Shown here: piece by piece, positions 12,857 through 25,642 of the stretch
How the letters are laid out: the number at the start of each line of letters is the position of its first letter
Numbering within the stretch: position 1 is the first letter of the stretch
From: Podarcis gaigeae
Taxonomy: Eukaryota
Assembly (NCBI GenBank): GCA_964106915.2
Contig: OZ066918.1
Length of the DNA: 64,000 nucleotides
Direction: 5' to 3' (one strand)
Position numbers and translations under genes: made by a program
Notes under the pieces: generated by a model
Told to the model about the DNA's origin: nothing
What the model saw: the letters and a program-made list of their open reading frames with translations, nothing else
Database searches by the model: none

Positions 12857-13343
12857 GTAAGAAGATTCGATTCTGCGGAGCTGAATGCCTCTCATTGGAG
12901 AGGCGCCGGGAGCCGTCGATGATCTGGGCAGAGAGGTCAAGGCGCTTTGCATATGCCCAGAGGCTTCTCCTCGTGCAGTCCTCTTCTTCTTAAGAGCTGC
13001 AAACTGGTTCGGGGGCTTAAAGAGCAGCTTATTTCTCCCAAGGGGGTGCAAAAAAGAAGAAGTTGGTACTTGCCCATCGATTAATTATTTCAATGCCTTG
13101 CGTGAGGGCACATCTAAGTTCTTCTCCCACAAAGCATCGAAGCTGCAGCACCCAAGGGTACCTTCCCTTTAGATTCCCAGGATCCCTGCTTGCAGCGCAC
13201 CCACTTTCTCAACCCATTTCCCCAGGAAAGGGTCGCCCCCGTGGATGCGCCACCGCGCGCCCACAACCCTGCGCCATATCTCCGGGTGCCTCCTTGCCAC
13301 TAACGTGGCCCCCTCGCCCGGCTCTCTCCGCTTGCCTTGCAGG

Positions 13344-14033
13344 ATGTCTCCCAAGACGGCCTCCTCTTCGCCAGCCTCGACCACCAGCGAGGGGGAGCCG
13401 CCCTCGTCAGGTATCTCCGACGACGATGCCTCCTTCGCCTCGTCTTCCCCATCGCTGGGCGCCGGCGGCAGCCTGCCTTCGTCTCCCAGCCCCTGCCTGC
13501 TCCTGGTCGAGGTGGGCGCGCGGGCGGCGCGCGGCGGCCCGGCGAAAGGGCGTCGGGGCCGAGGGCCCGGCAAGGGCGAGGGGCTAGGCCCCAGCAAGGC
13601 CAAGCGGAGCCGGCGCATGAAGGCCAACGACCGGGAGCGCAACCGGATGCACAACCTGAACTCGGCGCTGGACGCGCTGCGAGGCGTCCTGCCCACCTTC
13701 CCCGACGACGCCAAGCTGACCAAGATCGAGACGCTGCGCTTCGCGCACAACTACATCTGGGCGCTCACCGAGACCCTCCGCCTGGCCGACCAGAATTTGG
13801 CCGGCGCGGGGCCGGGCCCCGAGGTGGGTCCCGCTTTCCAGCAGCTGGGCGCCGGCTGCGACAGCCTGGCTGCCTGGCCCGCTTGCTGCCAGTGGGACGC
13901 CGCCTCGCTGGACTCGCCCGGCTCGCAAGAGGGCAGCCTCAGTCCCACGGACTCCTTCCAGGCGCCCCCCGGCGGGGGCCCTCTCCGACTCAGGCGCCCC
14001 CCGGAGCGCGCCGTCTTCCCGGACTTCGTCTGA
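13344..14033 (+). CDS. NEUROG3: Neurogenin-3 bHLH transcription factor (single coding exon, 229 aa from MSPKT...)
   Basis: ORF contains [62 protein letters not shown]. The residues [19 protein letters not shown] fit NEUROG3 rather than NEUROG1/2. C-terminus FPDFV resembles mammalian FSDFL. ATG 13344 lies just after acceptor ttgccttgcag|G. FAM241B is a neighbour, as in mammals. Confidence 0.96.
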   Translation: MSPKTASSSPASTTSEGEPPSSGISDDDASFASSSPSLGAGGSLPSSPSPCLLLVEVGARAARGGPAKGRRGRGPGKGEGLGPSKAKRSRRMKANDRERNRMHNLNSALDALRGVLPTFPDDAKLTKIETLRFAHNYIWALTETLRLADQNLAGAGPGPEVGPAFQQLGAGCDSLAAWPACCQWDAASLDSPGSQEGSLSPTDSFQAPPGGGPLRLRRPPERAVFPDFV

Positions 14034-14287
14034 GCTGCCTAGTCTTGCCCGAGATCCCCTCCTCGACGGACTTCGTGCGCCCATGAACTGGGGCGGCTCG
14101 GCCGCTCGGCTCTCCGACCAAGCTCTTCCTTCCACTAGATTCGCCTCAGCCTTTACCTTAAGAGGGAGAGCTCCCTCCACTTGGTCTGTGCAATTTTCCT
14201 GACCACGCACCACCACCCCATTTTTTTTTTTTTTTTAGAAGCCAAGACAGGGCTGGGAAGAAAATTAGACATGATAGCCCTCAGAGC

Positions 14288-14400
14288 TAGGGATCGGGAA
14301 CCTGGAGCCTCCTAGATGCGGTTGAACTACAACTCCCATCATCCCAGAGCATTGGCTCCGCTGGGTGAATATGATGGAAGCTGAAATGCGACCGCATCCG
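14288..14400 (+). repeat. Short squamate interspersed repeat (GGGAACCTG..CCTCCAGATG...ACTACAACTCCCATCATCCC); other copies at ~2660, 3140, 10725, 26700, 28330, 49828
   Basis: Shared ACTACAACTCCCA / TGGGAGTTGTAGT core recurs through the window. Confidence 0.6.
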
Positions 14401-15623
14401 GAGGCACCAGGAGGACTCCCCTCTCTGCGCCAGAGACTTTCCAGATGGGGTGGTTTTCTCATCCAGAGACTGTGCAGCAGCCATATGCAGTGGCCTTGCT
14501 CCAGTTAGCATAAAACGTTAAGGGAGAAATTGCGTTTTCTCTAGGGCTCAAATGACAGCACTGAATTGGGGTGGGGAGGAATGCCCCCCCCCAGCCTCCA
14601 TAAGCATAAAATCTGGGTGTAACTCAAAGTAACCCTTTGGAGAGTTGCTCATGACATCACTAGGCAGCTAATTCCGCTGCCTCATCCTTTTTGGTACTTA
14701 GAGATTTTATTCATACTGTACTTAAATAATAATAATAATCTGTAATGGGTTAACCACACCCTATTGTAACAACACAGCAAGGTGCGCTCACTTAGTGTGG
14801 AATTCCAGCAAGGATACTCACCCCCTTTCCCCGTGCAGCAATGTCTTACCATTTCATGCCAACTTTTTGCATCTCTTCCAATCCCCCCCCCCCATTAAGT
14901 TCTGGGTCCTAAAAGGAGAACACCTACTGATTCCGACCTTTTATGTTTGTTCTGGTGGGATTGCACTGTATTGGAGGTAGGGTGGACGGCAGGCTAAATC
15001 AAAACACAGGGCCATAAGCATAAGCACAACTGTTCTCCCACTGAAACCAGTCGGACCTAAGGTGCTTCACTAGGCTGCATTCCCCACTGCCCCAAGCCCC
15101 AAATATCTCCACACTGAATGCAGTTGCTTAGAAACTGCTGCTTTCAGGGGGGCCTTGCTTGGACATAGGAGCTCAGCCTTTTGCTTCTGGGAGGATGAAT
15201 CTGGAATATTATCCAGTACAACTCCTGATTGATTGAAAATCTCTGTGAGCATGTCTTGAAGAGAGGGTGAACCTGCTCTTTTAAGCCACCCTCCAATCAC
15301 TCACGGGGGGGGGGGGGATACATATTCAAGAGCACTTAATATATAGATTAGTTGCCCTTCACTTTGAACCACCCTGTGGCTGAGTGGTTATGCCTTATTC
15401 CCTGGGAGAAACACAATGGGACTTACTTCTGGGTCAACATGTATAGAATCAGCCTCTGAGAGTGGGATGTATGGGCTTTCCTTACCCAGTTTTCAATACG
15501 CGCTAAGGGTGGCATAATTTATGACAGAGCGTACGCTCTAAGAAAATGAGAAACAGTGGTGAGCATAAAACCTAGAGTGGTAGTTGCTCTGGGTCAATCA
15601 AGCAGCATGCAAAGGTGTGAACT

Positions 15624-15654
<31 letters not shown>

Positions 15655-17201
15655 AACTTGGACAGGCAGCTAAAACGCGTGTGGGGTTTGAAGGGGGGAG
15701 GTCAACGTAACCTTAAAGGGGATGTCACTCAGTGACAGATGGTCCAATTGGCATTTCCACTGCAAGCCTTAAGCCCTGGGTGGGATGGCCGGCTCTACCA
15801 TTAGACAGAATGAGGCAGCTGGCCAGGGCTGTGGGGGACAGTGGCAGCAGGTCCCTTTTGAGATTCCCATGCTGTTCCCCTGTATTGGAGGACAGAGCTT
15901 TGCACATCACCCAAGCAGCTCTGTACACTCCCCCAAGCTAGCCCACAGCAGCCCTTTGTTGCGGCACTGTCCTGCCACCAGTGTTGAAGTAAGATTCAGC
16001 AGCCAGTCTGACTGGCTTCTGCCCATGGAATCTTATCCTTCGCCTCAGGCGGCAAAGCCAGAAGCAGAAGGACTGGTGGCTCACCTCAGCATACAGCAGC
16101 AGCTTCCCATGCCCATACACTCCTCTAAGAAAGAGAAACAGCAAACTTATTTGCATTTAAAATTGAATTGAAGGCAGAGGGATTCACTGTGACAGTCCCT
16201 CTGAAGCGAGGACTTTCTCTACATGGGGAAGTGTGCATGTGTGTGAGGGGGGCACAGAGAGAGTGAGTGTGTGAGCATGTATGTGCTAAGTACACATGCA
16301 TTTAATAAAAAGTCTCTGCCTTTTGGTACATTTCAGACTAAGACTGAAATACTATACCCATTTACCTGGGAGAAAGCAGCATGGAATCCAGTGGGATTTC
16401 CTTCTGAGTAGACATTTATGGAATAGCACTGCAAGCTCCTATTTCCCTGTAAAATGGTACCACGCGCGTAAGAAGCATTGATCCCTTCTTTTTGTACTGA
16501 AGATAATAATTTATAATAATTTCTCACTGTTTTGTATTTATTGATTATATTTCAGAACAAATATATGAATATATGAATATATTATATATACAGTATATAT
16601 GTTTGGTACCGAAGATTATATTATATACATGTTGCGGAGTTACAATGGGGAGAATTAAAATGACGTTGCTGGTGGTGGGAATTAAATTTTCTTTGGTAAA
16701 AAAATATGGAAGTGGTCTCCTTTCAAACTTGATGAACACAGAGAACTTTCCAAATGCACATGCAAATGATAAGGACCCACCAATCGTCCTGAGGGCACCT
16801 TCACATGCAATTTAACGCTGGAACATTCTGCCAGCAAATCCCAACAGGAGCAATCACAGTTTAGCACTTACTAAATGGAAGATACAACATCCACAGTAGG
16901 TCTGTTCTGCACCTGATGTCAAATGTAATTTTTTAAAGGAGAGCAAAGCCACTGATGATGTGGCCAAAGGATAAACTATAAAGTTATTGCTGCACAGATC
17001 CATAAACACAACATGACAAATACGTGTGTATCCATATTTTTGTCATATCAGAACAATCTTGTTTGTTTTAGCACCTGTTTTCCCCATTTCCATTTTTTTA
17101 AACCAGCTATGAAAACTTGAAATTTTGTACTTTTTGTATGTAGAGGCACTCTCATAATCTGAGACTCTAAGATGTTGTTTACTTAGCTTGTGTGCAAAAC
17201 T

Positions 17202-17346
17202 GGCACTGAGTGGCTCAGTTGGTTAGAGCGTGGTGCTGATAATGCCAAGGTCACAGGTTTGATTCCTGTGTGGGTCGACTGCATATTCCTGCAGTACAGG
17301 GGGTTGGACTAGATGATCCTCAGGGTCCCTTCCACCTCTACAGTTA
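17202..17346 (+). mobile_element. tRNA(Ile-like)-derived short SINE with CR1-type tail (POM/Squam2-like)
   Basis: TGGCTCAGTTGGTTAGAGCGTGGTGCTGATAATGCCAAGGTCACAGGTTTGATTCC followed by GGGGGTTGGACTAGATGATCC. Confidence 0.75.
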
Positions 17347-17364
17347 TATAGTATCAGAAGAATC

Positions 17365-19190
17365 GTTATTTGCATCAGCCACTAGCCATAGCAATAAAAT
17401 AATAAAATAAAATAAAATGAACTGAAGATAGAGGTAAAAACTTAACTATACAAAATACACCCCGGAGGTTTACATCAATAATCAAATAACAGATCTTATT
17501 TTAATCGCCCCTGCTAATTTTTTTTGCAGTTTTTGCTGTCACCTGATTATCTTGATCTGCTAGAAGAAAGGACACAGTAGCAATGGTTGAGCGACCCGGC
17601 ATGGACAGTAGTAGAGGGGTAATAACCTCACTCCTCAAATCTTTATAAAGAGTGCAAGCCAGAAGCACATGAGCCACTGATTCAATACAGTGGTACCTCG
17701 GGTTAAGAACTTAATTCGTTCCAGAGGTCCGTTCTTAACCTGAAACTGTTCTTAACCTGAGACACCACTTTAGCTAATGGGGCCTCCCGCTGCCGCCATG
17801 CCGCCACCATGCAATTTCTGTTCTCATCCTGAAGCAAAGTTCTTAACCCGAGGTACTATTTCTGGGTTAGCGGAGTCTGTAACCTGAAGTGTCTGTAACC
17901 TGAGGTACCACTGTACTGCCATCTCCACATGGACATAACAATTTTTCCAGTGGAATTTTAAAAAATCAACCCTCAAGTACAGCTGAAAGCAGCATTTTAA
18001 ATCTTGCTTAAGTGAAAGCGCGTCTGTATTTTGGAATTGTTAAATTTTGCAAATAGGCTGCCAATGTGTCAAAATGACTAGGTAGAAAATAATCATACCA
18101 TGGACAAAATTTCCTTATCTTGGCCATATTATTCTGTCGCTCAATATCATATAGGCACAGTCTAATTAAATTGTTTGCTTTACTGAAGCCTGGTGTTAAT
18201 ATCTGTTGTGGTGGTAAACCAAAAAAGTAAAGCTTTTTTTGGTTGACAATTTTAGTCCAAGCGCTCTCATGAAAATCTTGCAATACTAACTAAGGGCAGT
18301 AGACTGGTGGGGTTTTAATTTAGCCAAACCCAATAATTAAATGCCCTACACCAAGTCTGTAATTCAACGGAGGGAAGATTAGCCTCCAAGCACAATGAAG
18401 CATTTGGAACACTGGATGAAACAGGGAAAAAATTGCCTTAGGAACTTAGATTGAACAGTCTTTGTAGATCCAAGGTGAATGTCTGTCCAAATCTGATCCC
18501 TGTATAATAACTGTGCTGGGGGTTTAGCTTTAAACACTTCAAGTGCTGGTAGTATGTGCTTGGCACTTTTTGGATGGAAAAAGCATGTCAGAATTTTGGC
18601 GCTTTGAGATGCTTCTTCCTTTGCATATTTCTGATGTGCTCCCCATGAACCAATTGACTGAAAAATAAGGCTGAGGTGTTTAAAGACTTTAACTTGTTTG
18701 ATCAACTGATTTTCCATATGCAATCTATGGGCCCTATAGTTTCTTGAAAACAAAATGATTTTATTTTTCTTGTCATTCACAGCCAGCTGTTCTCTTTGGC
18801 AGTATCCTGAGAATGCCCTCATAAATCTTTTTAGGCCCATTTTTGTCTGAGATAGAAGTACCGCATCATCTGCGTATAGTAATATATAGATGACTTTTGT
18901 GGCCATTTTAGGGGCATGATACTCTGGGGATGTTAAACTCTGAACAGTATCCTTTATATATAAATTAAATAGAGTGGGAGCTAGGATACAACCTTGTTTA
19001 ACTCCCTTTGTGGCTGGTATGGATCCTGTGAGCTGCCCATTTGTAGAGCAACACACATTCAGCACAGTGTTTTTATATAAACATTTACTACAGTTATATA
19101 TATATGAGTCTAATTCCTTGTCCCTCTCATCCAGAGATGGGTGAGTTGCTGGCAGATTCAGAAGTCTACAGGACTGGAAACGATTCACTT
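17365..19190 (-). mobile_element. 5'-truncated, decayed non-LTR retrotransposon (RTE-X-like) reverse transcriptase
   Basis: ORF 18379-19188 has RT motifs GVKQGCILAPTLFNLYI and LLYADDAVLL. It continues through frameshifts and stops into ORF 18008-18283 (...YRRAFT) and a Cys/His-rich C-terminus interrupted by a MITE. Clade assignment is inference. Confidence 0.85.
17688..17913 (+). mobile_element. Same Tc1/mariner MITE, copy 2, nested in a LINE remnant
   Basis: Near-identical to 813-1044, with TA TSD. Confidence 0.9.
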
Positions 19191-19877
19191 CTGTCCTCTC
19201 TGCCCATCACATCAATGGCCATTTGACCATAGCTTTCATTGTAATTTGAAGAACACCCAGTGAAACCTACAGCCCTGCAAGATTGGGTGGCCTTTTAGGA
19301 GAACTACCCAGTGGCTGCAGTTCTGGCAATATATCTGCACATTCCTCTCTTCCTCCAAGAAACACAGTCACCCATTTGTTGGTGCTCCTCAGCGCACAAG
19401 CAAACAGCCTCCTGGCTCTAGAAAAGCTTCCCAGTTTATTTCAAAAGTGATATATGGCCCCAATCAAAACCCGGATGAAGGTTAACTAGCAAACACACAG
19501 ATGAAGGAAGGTGTTGTTTCATTCCTGGGGGTTTGACTGAGTAGCCTGAGATTAATGCGTAATTGGTGGTGTTTTTGCAGAGCTCGGAGGAAGAGGAACG
19601 CTTGCACCTGGAGGTGCAGGTGGAGCTGGTTATAGGCAGCAAAGGAGGCCCAGCCACTGACGTTTCACAAAAGCCTCTCCAGTGCACCAAAGCTCTCCCA
19701 ATGTGGGGGGCATGGCTGACATTTCAAGTGGATAATAGTTGTTATATAAGGTTGCCTCTTGGCGTTTCCCATGGGACCCCAGGAGGCTGGCAAGAAGTGT
19801 GCTGCAGACAGTGAGCACTGGAACTCTGAGGTGACCTGCTTCTATTCTGCCTCCGCCGTTGGACACAGTATGCCTTT

Positions 19878-20018
19878 GGCTGCCAGTTTCTGGGAATCAG
19901 AAGTGGGGAGGCTGCTGTTGTGCTCCCATAGGCATCTGGTTGTCCACTGTGAGAACTGGGTGTTGGATTAGATAGGCCATTGGCCTGACCATTCAAGGCT
20001 TTTCTTATGTTCTTATGT
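19878..20018 (+). mobile_element. LINE (CR1/L2-group) 3' end with (TTCTTATG)n tail; second copy ~20745-20897
   Basis: GGCATCTGGTTG(T/G)CCACTGTG...TGTTGGA..GCCATTGGCCTGA is shared by both copies. Confidence 0.6.
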
Positions 20019-20132
20019 TGGCGGAAGACAACTAGAGACTGGGGCACTGCATGGTACATGTTGGTATCTGAAAGTCCTGGGTATTTAAAAACAAAACAAA
20101 AACCAAGCCAGAGAAATTTCCCTTTTCAACTA

Positions 20133-20373
20133 CAGTTGTATCTTGGTTCTCCAACGCCTTGTGACTTGAATGTTTTGGCTCCCGAATGCCACAAACCCGG
20201 AAGTGAATATTCCAGTTTGTGAACGATTTTTGGAAGCCAAACGTCCGACGTGGCTTCCATGGCTTCCGATTGAGTGCAGGAAGCTCCTGGAGCCAATTAG
20301 AAGCCATGCCTTGGTTTTCGGAAGTTGAACAGACTTCTGGAACAGATTCCATTTGAGAACCAAGGTACAACTG
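20133..20373. mobile_element. Related Tc1/mariner MITE (different subfamily)
   Basis: TIRs CAGTTGTATCTTGGTTCTC / GAGAACCAAGGTACAACTG with TA TSD. Confidence 0.82.
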
Positions 20374-21431
20374 TATGGGCAATTGAAGACAGGAATTATA
20401 TTTTAAAAGTTGGGGTGTGGGGATAGATTCTCAGATCAAAATTTCCACGCTCAAATGTAATAGTAATAACAGTCCATCAACTTCTAATTTGATGCCTCCT
20501 GCAGCATCTCCAGTCATGGGTGCTGTTGCATTTAAGATTTTAACAAACCAAACTAAAACCTAAGCATGAAAGTGTTAAAATTGGCAAGATGATTCTGAAT
20601 TTTATTGCCTTAAAAAATCATCAATATATAAGCCTCAATTGTTTCCCAATAGAACTCTAAATGTACTAACCTTGGCTAGGATGACCCCTAATTAAAAAAA
20701 AGCAAACTTCACAGTCGACACAGTGGGAGGCAGCGACACTCCTGAGCACCAGTTGATGAAGGCCACCGGAGGGGAGAGTGATCATGTGCTCAAAATGCTA
20801 CTTGTGGGTTTCCCACAGGCATCTGGTTGGCCACTGTGTGAATGGGATGTTGGACTCAACGAGCCATTGGCCTGATCCAATGGGACTCTTCTTACGTTTG
20901 CTGAATTGGTGGGAGATTTCATTCCAATTTTCTAGAGATAAACAGCTTGGTGGGTGTTGCTTCTTAAGTACAAGTTGGATCAAGGTCTAAGCTTCAGGGG
21001 AAGAATGGGGTGTGGAAACAACCAAACATTGTGTGTCATTGTGCATAGAATGGAGTGGGCAATTGTGGCCCTTCAAGCCATTCTATCTGGCCCTCAGCAC
21101 TCTCCCAAGGGCTACACTGCTTCCTTAGCCATACCACCTCTTGTCAGGCCACACCAATCACCAGACATGCTTGTACCCTCCTTGAATTTTTCTGTCTGTC
21201 TGGACTGTGTCTGTGAACTCTGATCATGCCTCTTGCTTCCCTGGATGGAGGTAGAGAACAGTGCAGGAGTTTTCATGGAAACTAGCCTACTGTACCAAAT
21301 TAACATTGACATTTGTTGCTCTGCCTCCTTTTGCCTCTGGTCTTGCCTGAATGGCCTGGCCCATTTCACCACCTAAGGTGGAACGGGAAGGTGCAGCCCC
21401 CTCCCTCTGCTGCCACCCTTCCACCGTCATC

Positions 21432-21830
21432 TGTCTCAGGAGACAATGGAGGAGGGAGTCTTCAGGGGTGAAGTCAAACTGTTAGAAATTGCAGCGCCTG
21501 CTGTGGCTGTAGAGTCCAATACGGGAGAGGCATGCTTTGTTGTAGTCGGGGCGGGTGAAGGCTTATGGTTGTGCTGCTGCAGATTACACCATGATGTTTC
21601 TTCTGTCTGCGCTCCTCCCAGCGGTCATTCCTCCTCTGGTCACTGCTGTGGATACACAACCTGTCTGTCTGTCTCCAGGCACTGTGGTGGTCTGCAAGGG
21701 ATTCCCACACAATGGGGTTGATGTTGCCAGCCTTCATGTAATGTTTACAGACACCTTTGTTATGCGGAGTTGGTCTGCCATGGGCCTGGTGGCTGAAACC
21801 CTGTAGAGCACACTTCTCCACCAAAGCTTT
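21432..21830 (-). mobile_element. RTE LINE 3' end fragment
   Basis: Minus-strand peptide GRP..KGVCKHYMKAGNINPIVWESLADHHSAWRQ. Terminal sequence is shared with 32540-32732 and 55062-55130. Confidence 0.75.
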
Positions 21831-22636
21831 GCTTATCGGGGTCATGCAGCTGAGGCTTCTGGGTTCTGCTGAGATCTCGCAAGAGGTCCACAAGATCTCA
21901 CCGGAACCTGGAACCTGCATTCCCTACCCGTCTTGCTTCTCCAGCACTTGCTTCTTCCACCACGGAAGAAGTGAGAAGTGGAAGTGGTGATGAGATGTTG
22001 TGTGAAGCCACCGCTGCCCCTTCTCCTCTGGCAGCAGGGACCCACCGGATTCTGCCACCCGAGGCAGCTGCCTCAATCCGCTTCATGGGCAGGCTGGCCC
22101 TGAATCCTAGTATGTGACCCTCTGATGGATGCCTAGCATGGAATGCAGCTCTCACACTGAAAAAGATCCCCCATCCCTGCTACAGATTATGACATCAGGG
22201 AGAGCCATTCTTAGTTGTCTGGAGAGAATGTCATTATAGGCAAGCTGGCCTAAGAATTAGGTAGCTTACTGAAGGCCAGAGTTGCATGTGGCTTCAATAC
22301 ACCTTTTCGCATCACAGTCTGGTGCATGTTGTCGAGCTTTGAATGGGTTGGGTATAGAGAGTTGGTCTTTCTAAAATATAACTTGGGTAGCATACAGTTT
22401 GCTTTCACTCAAAGTACAGGATAATTTTGCAAGGCCAATCCAAGGGATTGTCTTACTGCTCTCTTTTTCTGTAGAATCATCTCAGGTTTATCCAGGGATT
22501 TTTTTAAAAAAGGGAAATTACTGCCTGCCTTGCAGAGATTTCCCCCTTCTCCATCCGAGAGGCTTTGTCTGGCTTAAAGAATGCCCAGCCTAAAATCCAT
22601 GAATCTTGGAGCTTCCCCCCTCCTTCTTCACCCTGT

Positions 22637-22698
22637 CCTCCTCCTCCTCCTCCTCCTCCTCCTTTTTCACCATCACCACCACCACTACCTCCTCCTCC
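22637..22698. repeat. (CCT)n/(CAC)n low-complexity tract
   Basis: Direct observation. Confidence 0.9.
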
Positions 22699-24177
22699 CC
22701 AGACTCAGTTTGCAGGAGGTAGATTTATGGTGCCTCCTTTTTCTCTCCATTCTCCCACTGCCTCTTTTGCAATGCAGCCCATTAACAAAGGGAGGCTTCT
22801 GGGCCAAAAGGCGATTGTCATGCTAACTGATGTCAGCAGGGGCCCATTTGCCAGCCAGCAAAGAGAGGCTATTGAAGCAATTTGTAGAACAAAAGAAATT
22901 TGGTTATTGGGGGACAAAAGCACATGCACTTCGCTCCCTCCCTCCACTAACCCTGCTCCAGAAGAAAAGGCAAGGCTTGCAAAACAACAGCCCAAGCTGG
23001 GATCTCTGTAGGCCTGGGATTGTTGTGGACCCTCCGCTTGGAATGACTTTCACTTCTCAGCTCAGAGCATTGATTCTCCCTGCCCTGAGGGTCACGTTAA
23101 ATGAGGTGCCCTGCTTCCGAGGGTGGCCAGGGCTACTCTCTGCCCATCCTCTTAATCTGATGTGCACAGGAGAGGGTGGGCCTCAGCCTCTGAAGTCAGG
23201 AATTCAGCCAAAACTTAATGAAGAGATAGACGCTTTATGGGAGGAGATGTAGGACTCGGACTCCGTAAACCCAGACTCACTAACTCGCCTGAATGGGTGG
23301 CATTTGCTTCCACGCCCTGCGATTGGTTGGTCATTTGGGGAAAACAGCTCAGAAAAGAGGGGGTTGGACCCCATGCTTTGGCAAGGCTTGTCCCTGCCCC
23401 CCATTCTCAGTTTCTATCTGAATGGCATCCTGACCCCTACACACATTTACTGAGAAATACATTCCGTTGATCTCAATGGAACACATTTCCAAGTAAGTAC
23501 TTTGGCACTGGGGCTTTTCGATAAAGGCTATTTAATTAATGAATGGATCCAGCAATGCCTGGTGACCTGAAAAAAGGTGAGTCATAGGGTCACCGGTCAT
23601 TAACCCACCTGCACATACCCTAAAACCTCCTTCTCCCCAGCTTTATAGATGCTTGTCAGCTCCTGACAAATCCTTAGATTCTTTTTATTGTGTTCTCTTG
23701 CACCCCTCCTTTCCTAATCCCAAATCTTCTTTCTTTCCTGAGCACCTAGACTATGGTCTAGGGCGGCCTCTAAATCTTACTCACTCCCCCCCCCCAAATC
23801 AAAAGCCTTTTAGGCTGCAATCCTTTACACACTTGCCTAATAGTAAGCCATGTTGAATACAGTAGGATTTGCTTCTGAGTGCATAGGATCGCAAATGTGC
23901 ATAGGATTGCACTGCTAAGAGTTTATTTCATTTGTACCTTTTCCTCTAAGGACCTTCAGGTGGTATATGCTGTTCTTCAAACTCCCATTTTATCCACACC
24001 GCTACCTAGAGATGTAGGAAGTATAGGAACACCAAAATACTATGCTGTCCACCTAGCCCAGTGTTGTCTACTACTATGACCAAAGGGGCTTTTGAGACAG
24101 AGCTCTTTTCTGTCAACTGCTGCCAGATCCTTTTTTTGAACAAACTGGAGATGGCAGTTGGCTCTCACCTGCACTCA

Positions 24178-24612
24178 GCTCTCACCTGTGGCTGCTAGAA
24201 GCTGTCAGCATGCGACAGCAGCCACACCCCAGGAATGGCTTTGACTGGCTAGCTAAACCAGGTGGGGGTAGTCAATGGGTGTAAAACCCTTTGTGAGTCT
24301 GGGACTTCCCCTGCATGCGAAGACAGGCTCCAGTGGGTGGAGTGGATGAGACCAATAATGGGTCCAATGGCCAAGAAGGCATTTTCTGCACATGTTGTAG
24401 AGGTAAGTGAGAGGTAAATGGAGCTCATAAACTTAGGAAGATAGCCCATCTAGGAGAAGGAAAATTCTGACCCAAAACCTCCGCTGCCTTGCAGGACATC
24501 TTTGGGAGAATAAAAGGCTAAGGAGTAAACCCTGCACAAATCTGGAGTAGAGTCCCTAAGACAGTTGGATGGTGCCCTGTGCACTGTCTTCTGGCAACTC
24601 CTGCAGCCAAAC
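24178..24612 (+). mobile_element. RTE-family 5' UTR-like fragment
   Basis: GCCCATCTAGGAGAAGGAAAA...AAACCTCCGCTGCCTTGCAGGACATCTTTGGGAGAA...GGCAACTCCTGCAGCCAAAC is homologous (reverse complement) to 55253-55455. Confidence 0.6.
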
Positions 24613-25642
24613 ATTACCCCTTCTCCTAAACATACAGTAATTCAATATTCAATTTTAATTAGATATAAGTTTCTATACCATTCTCACTATAACCTAAGGA
24701 ATTATTTTGTTGTTGTTGCTGCTGCTGTAGCAGCAGCATTTTGAATAGCGTCTGTGCCTTGATGCCTGCCACATTCCTGCTGATTAATATGCTTCCTCCT
24801 CCTCCTCCCTCTCTCTCTTTGGCTTGCCACAACAGTAAAGCACCAATCACCCCAAAATATGAACTATTAGTAAAGAGGCTAAGGCAGGAGTGGCCAGTGT
24901 GGTGCACTTCTGATGTTATTCAGGGGCAATGGGTCCAACAACCTCTAGAGGGTGCCATGTTGACTACCCTGGGGCATCTTTACCCAACATTGGATTATAG
25001 AGGGTTCATGCGAGGCACAAAGGAAACATCAATATGAGATATTTTTTTATCTCGAAATTGAGTTTAGATATCTGGTGGTGATTTTGAACTGTCTGCACCT
25101 TCTGCCATGCTATTTGTTGAGAGATGCCATATTTTGCTTGCGTCTTGTTATGCCAGCAAGTCACCTGCCATCTCGCCAATTCTAGGATACTTATATAAGC
25201 TTCAAATCTGGTGGAAAGAAGTGCTCCCTCCCCACATCTTCCAGCGTCTCGCCGCAAAGCCCTTTCCTTCTCCTTTAGCAAAGAACCTCCAGCCAATTAT
25301 TTTGGCAATGAGCAAAGCAAATGAAACAGAGCGGGTGCATTGCCTGCACATTGCTTTGGCCCCTGAGCTTAGTACCAGCTTCTCTGTCGTTAAGGAACAC
25401 CACAAGTTTGTGTGGTGCTGGGAGAATCTCTCTGCAAAAGAATGCCAAGTGTATAAAGACCATTTTGTGGAGCAAAGGCCGTTAGAAGGGAAGGGAAGCC
25501 ACTGGCCATGGTGCTGAAATATGAGAGCCACAGCAAGGAGCTTTCACAAACTACGCTGTGGATGTGTCAAGCCAGTGCCACCAGCTGCCCTCCCAGTTTC
25601 TTCAGCCACTAGCTGGTTATGCTTGTTTGTAATGACCTAAAC

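Larger units (their letters stand above)
12200..14150. other. CpG island over NEUROG3 promoter and gene body
   Basis: Very GC/CpG-rich stretch. Confidence 0.8.

Noticed and set aside
13063-14216. Long overlapping ORFs around NEUROG3 (13063-13587 +, 13169-13750 -, 13337-14086 +, 13584-14216 -)
   Set aside because: Shadow ORFs expected from extreme GC content. Low-complexity Arg/Pro/Gly/Ala peptides with no recognisable domain.
17202-17275. tRNA-Ile-like gene
   Set aside because: Degenerate T-arm, and it runs into a CR1-type tail. It is a SINE head, not a tRNA gene.
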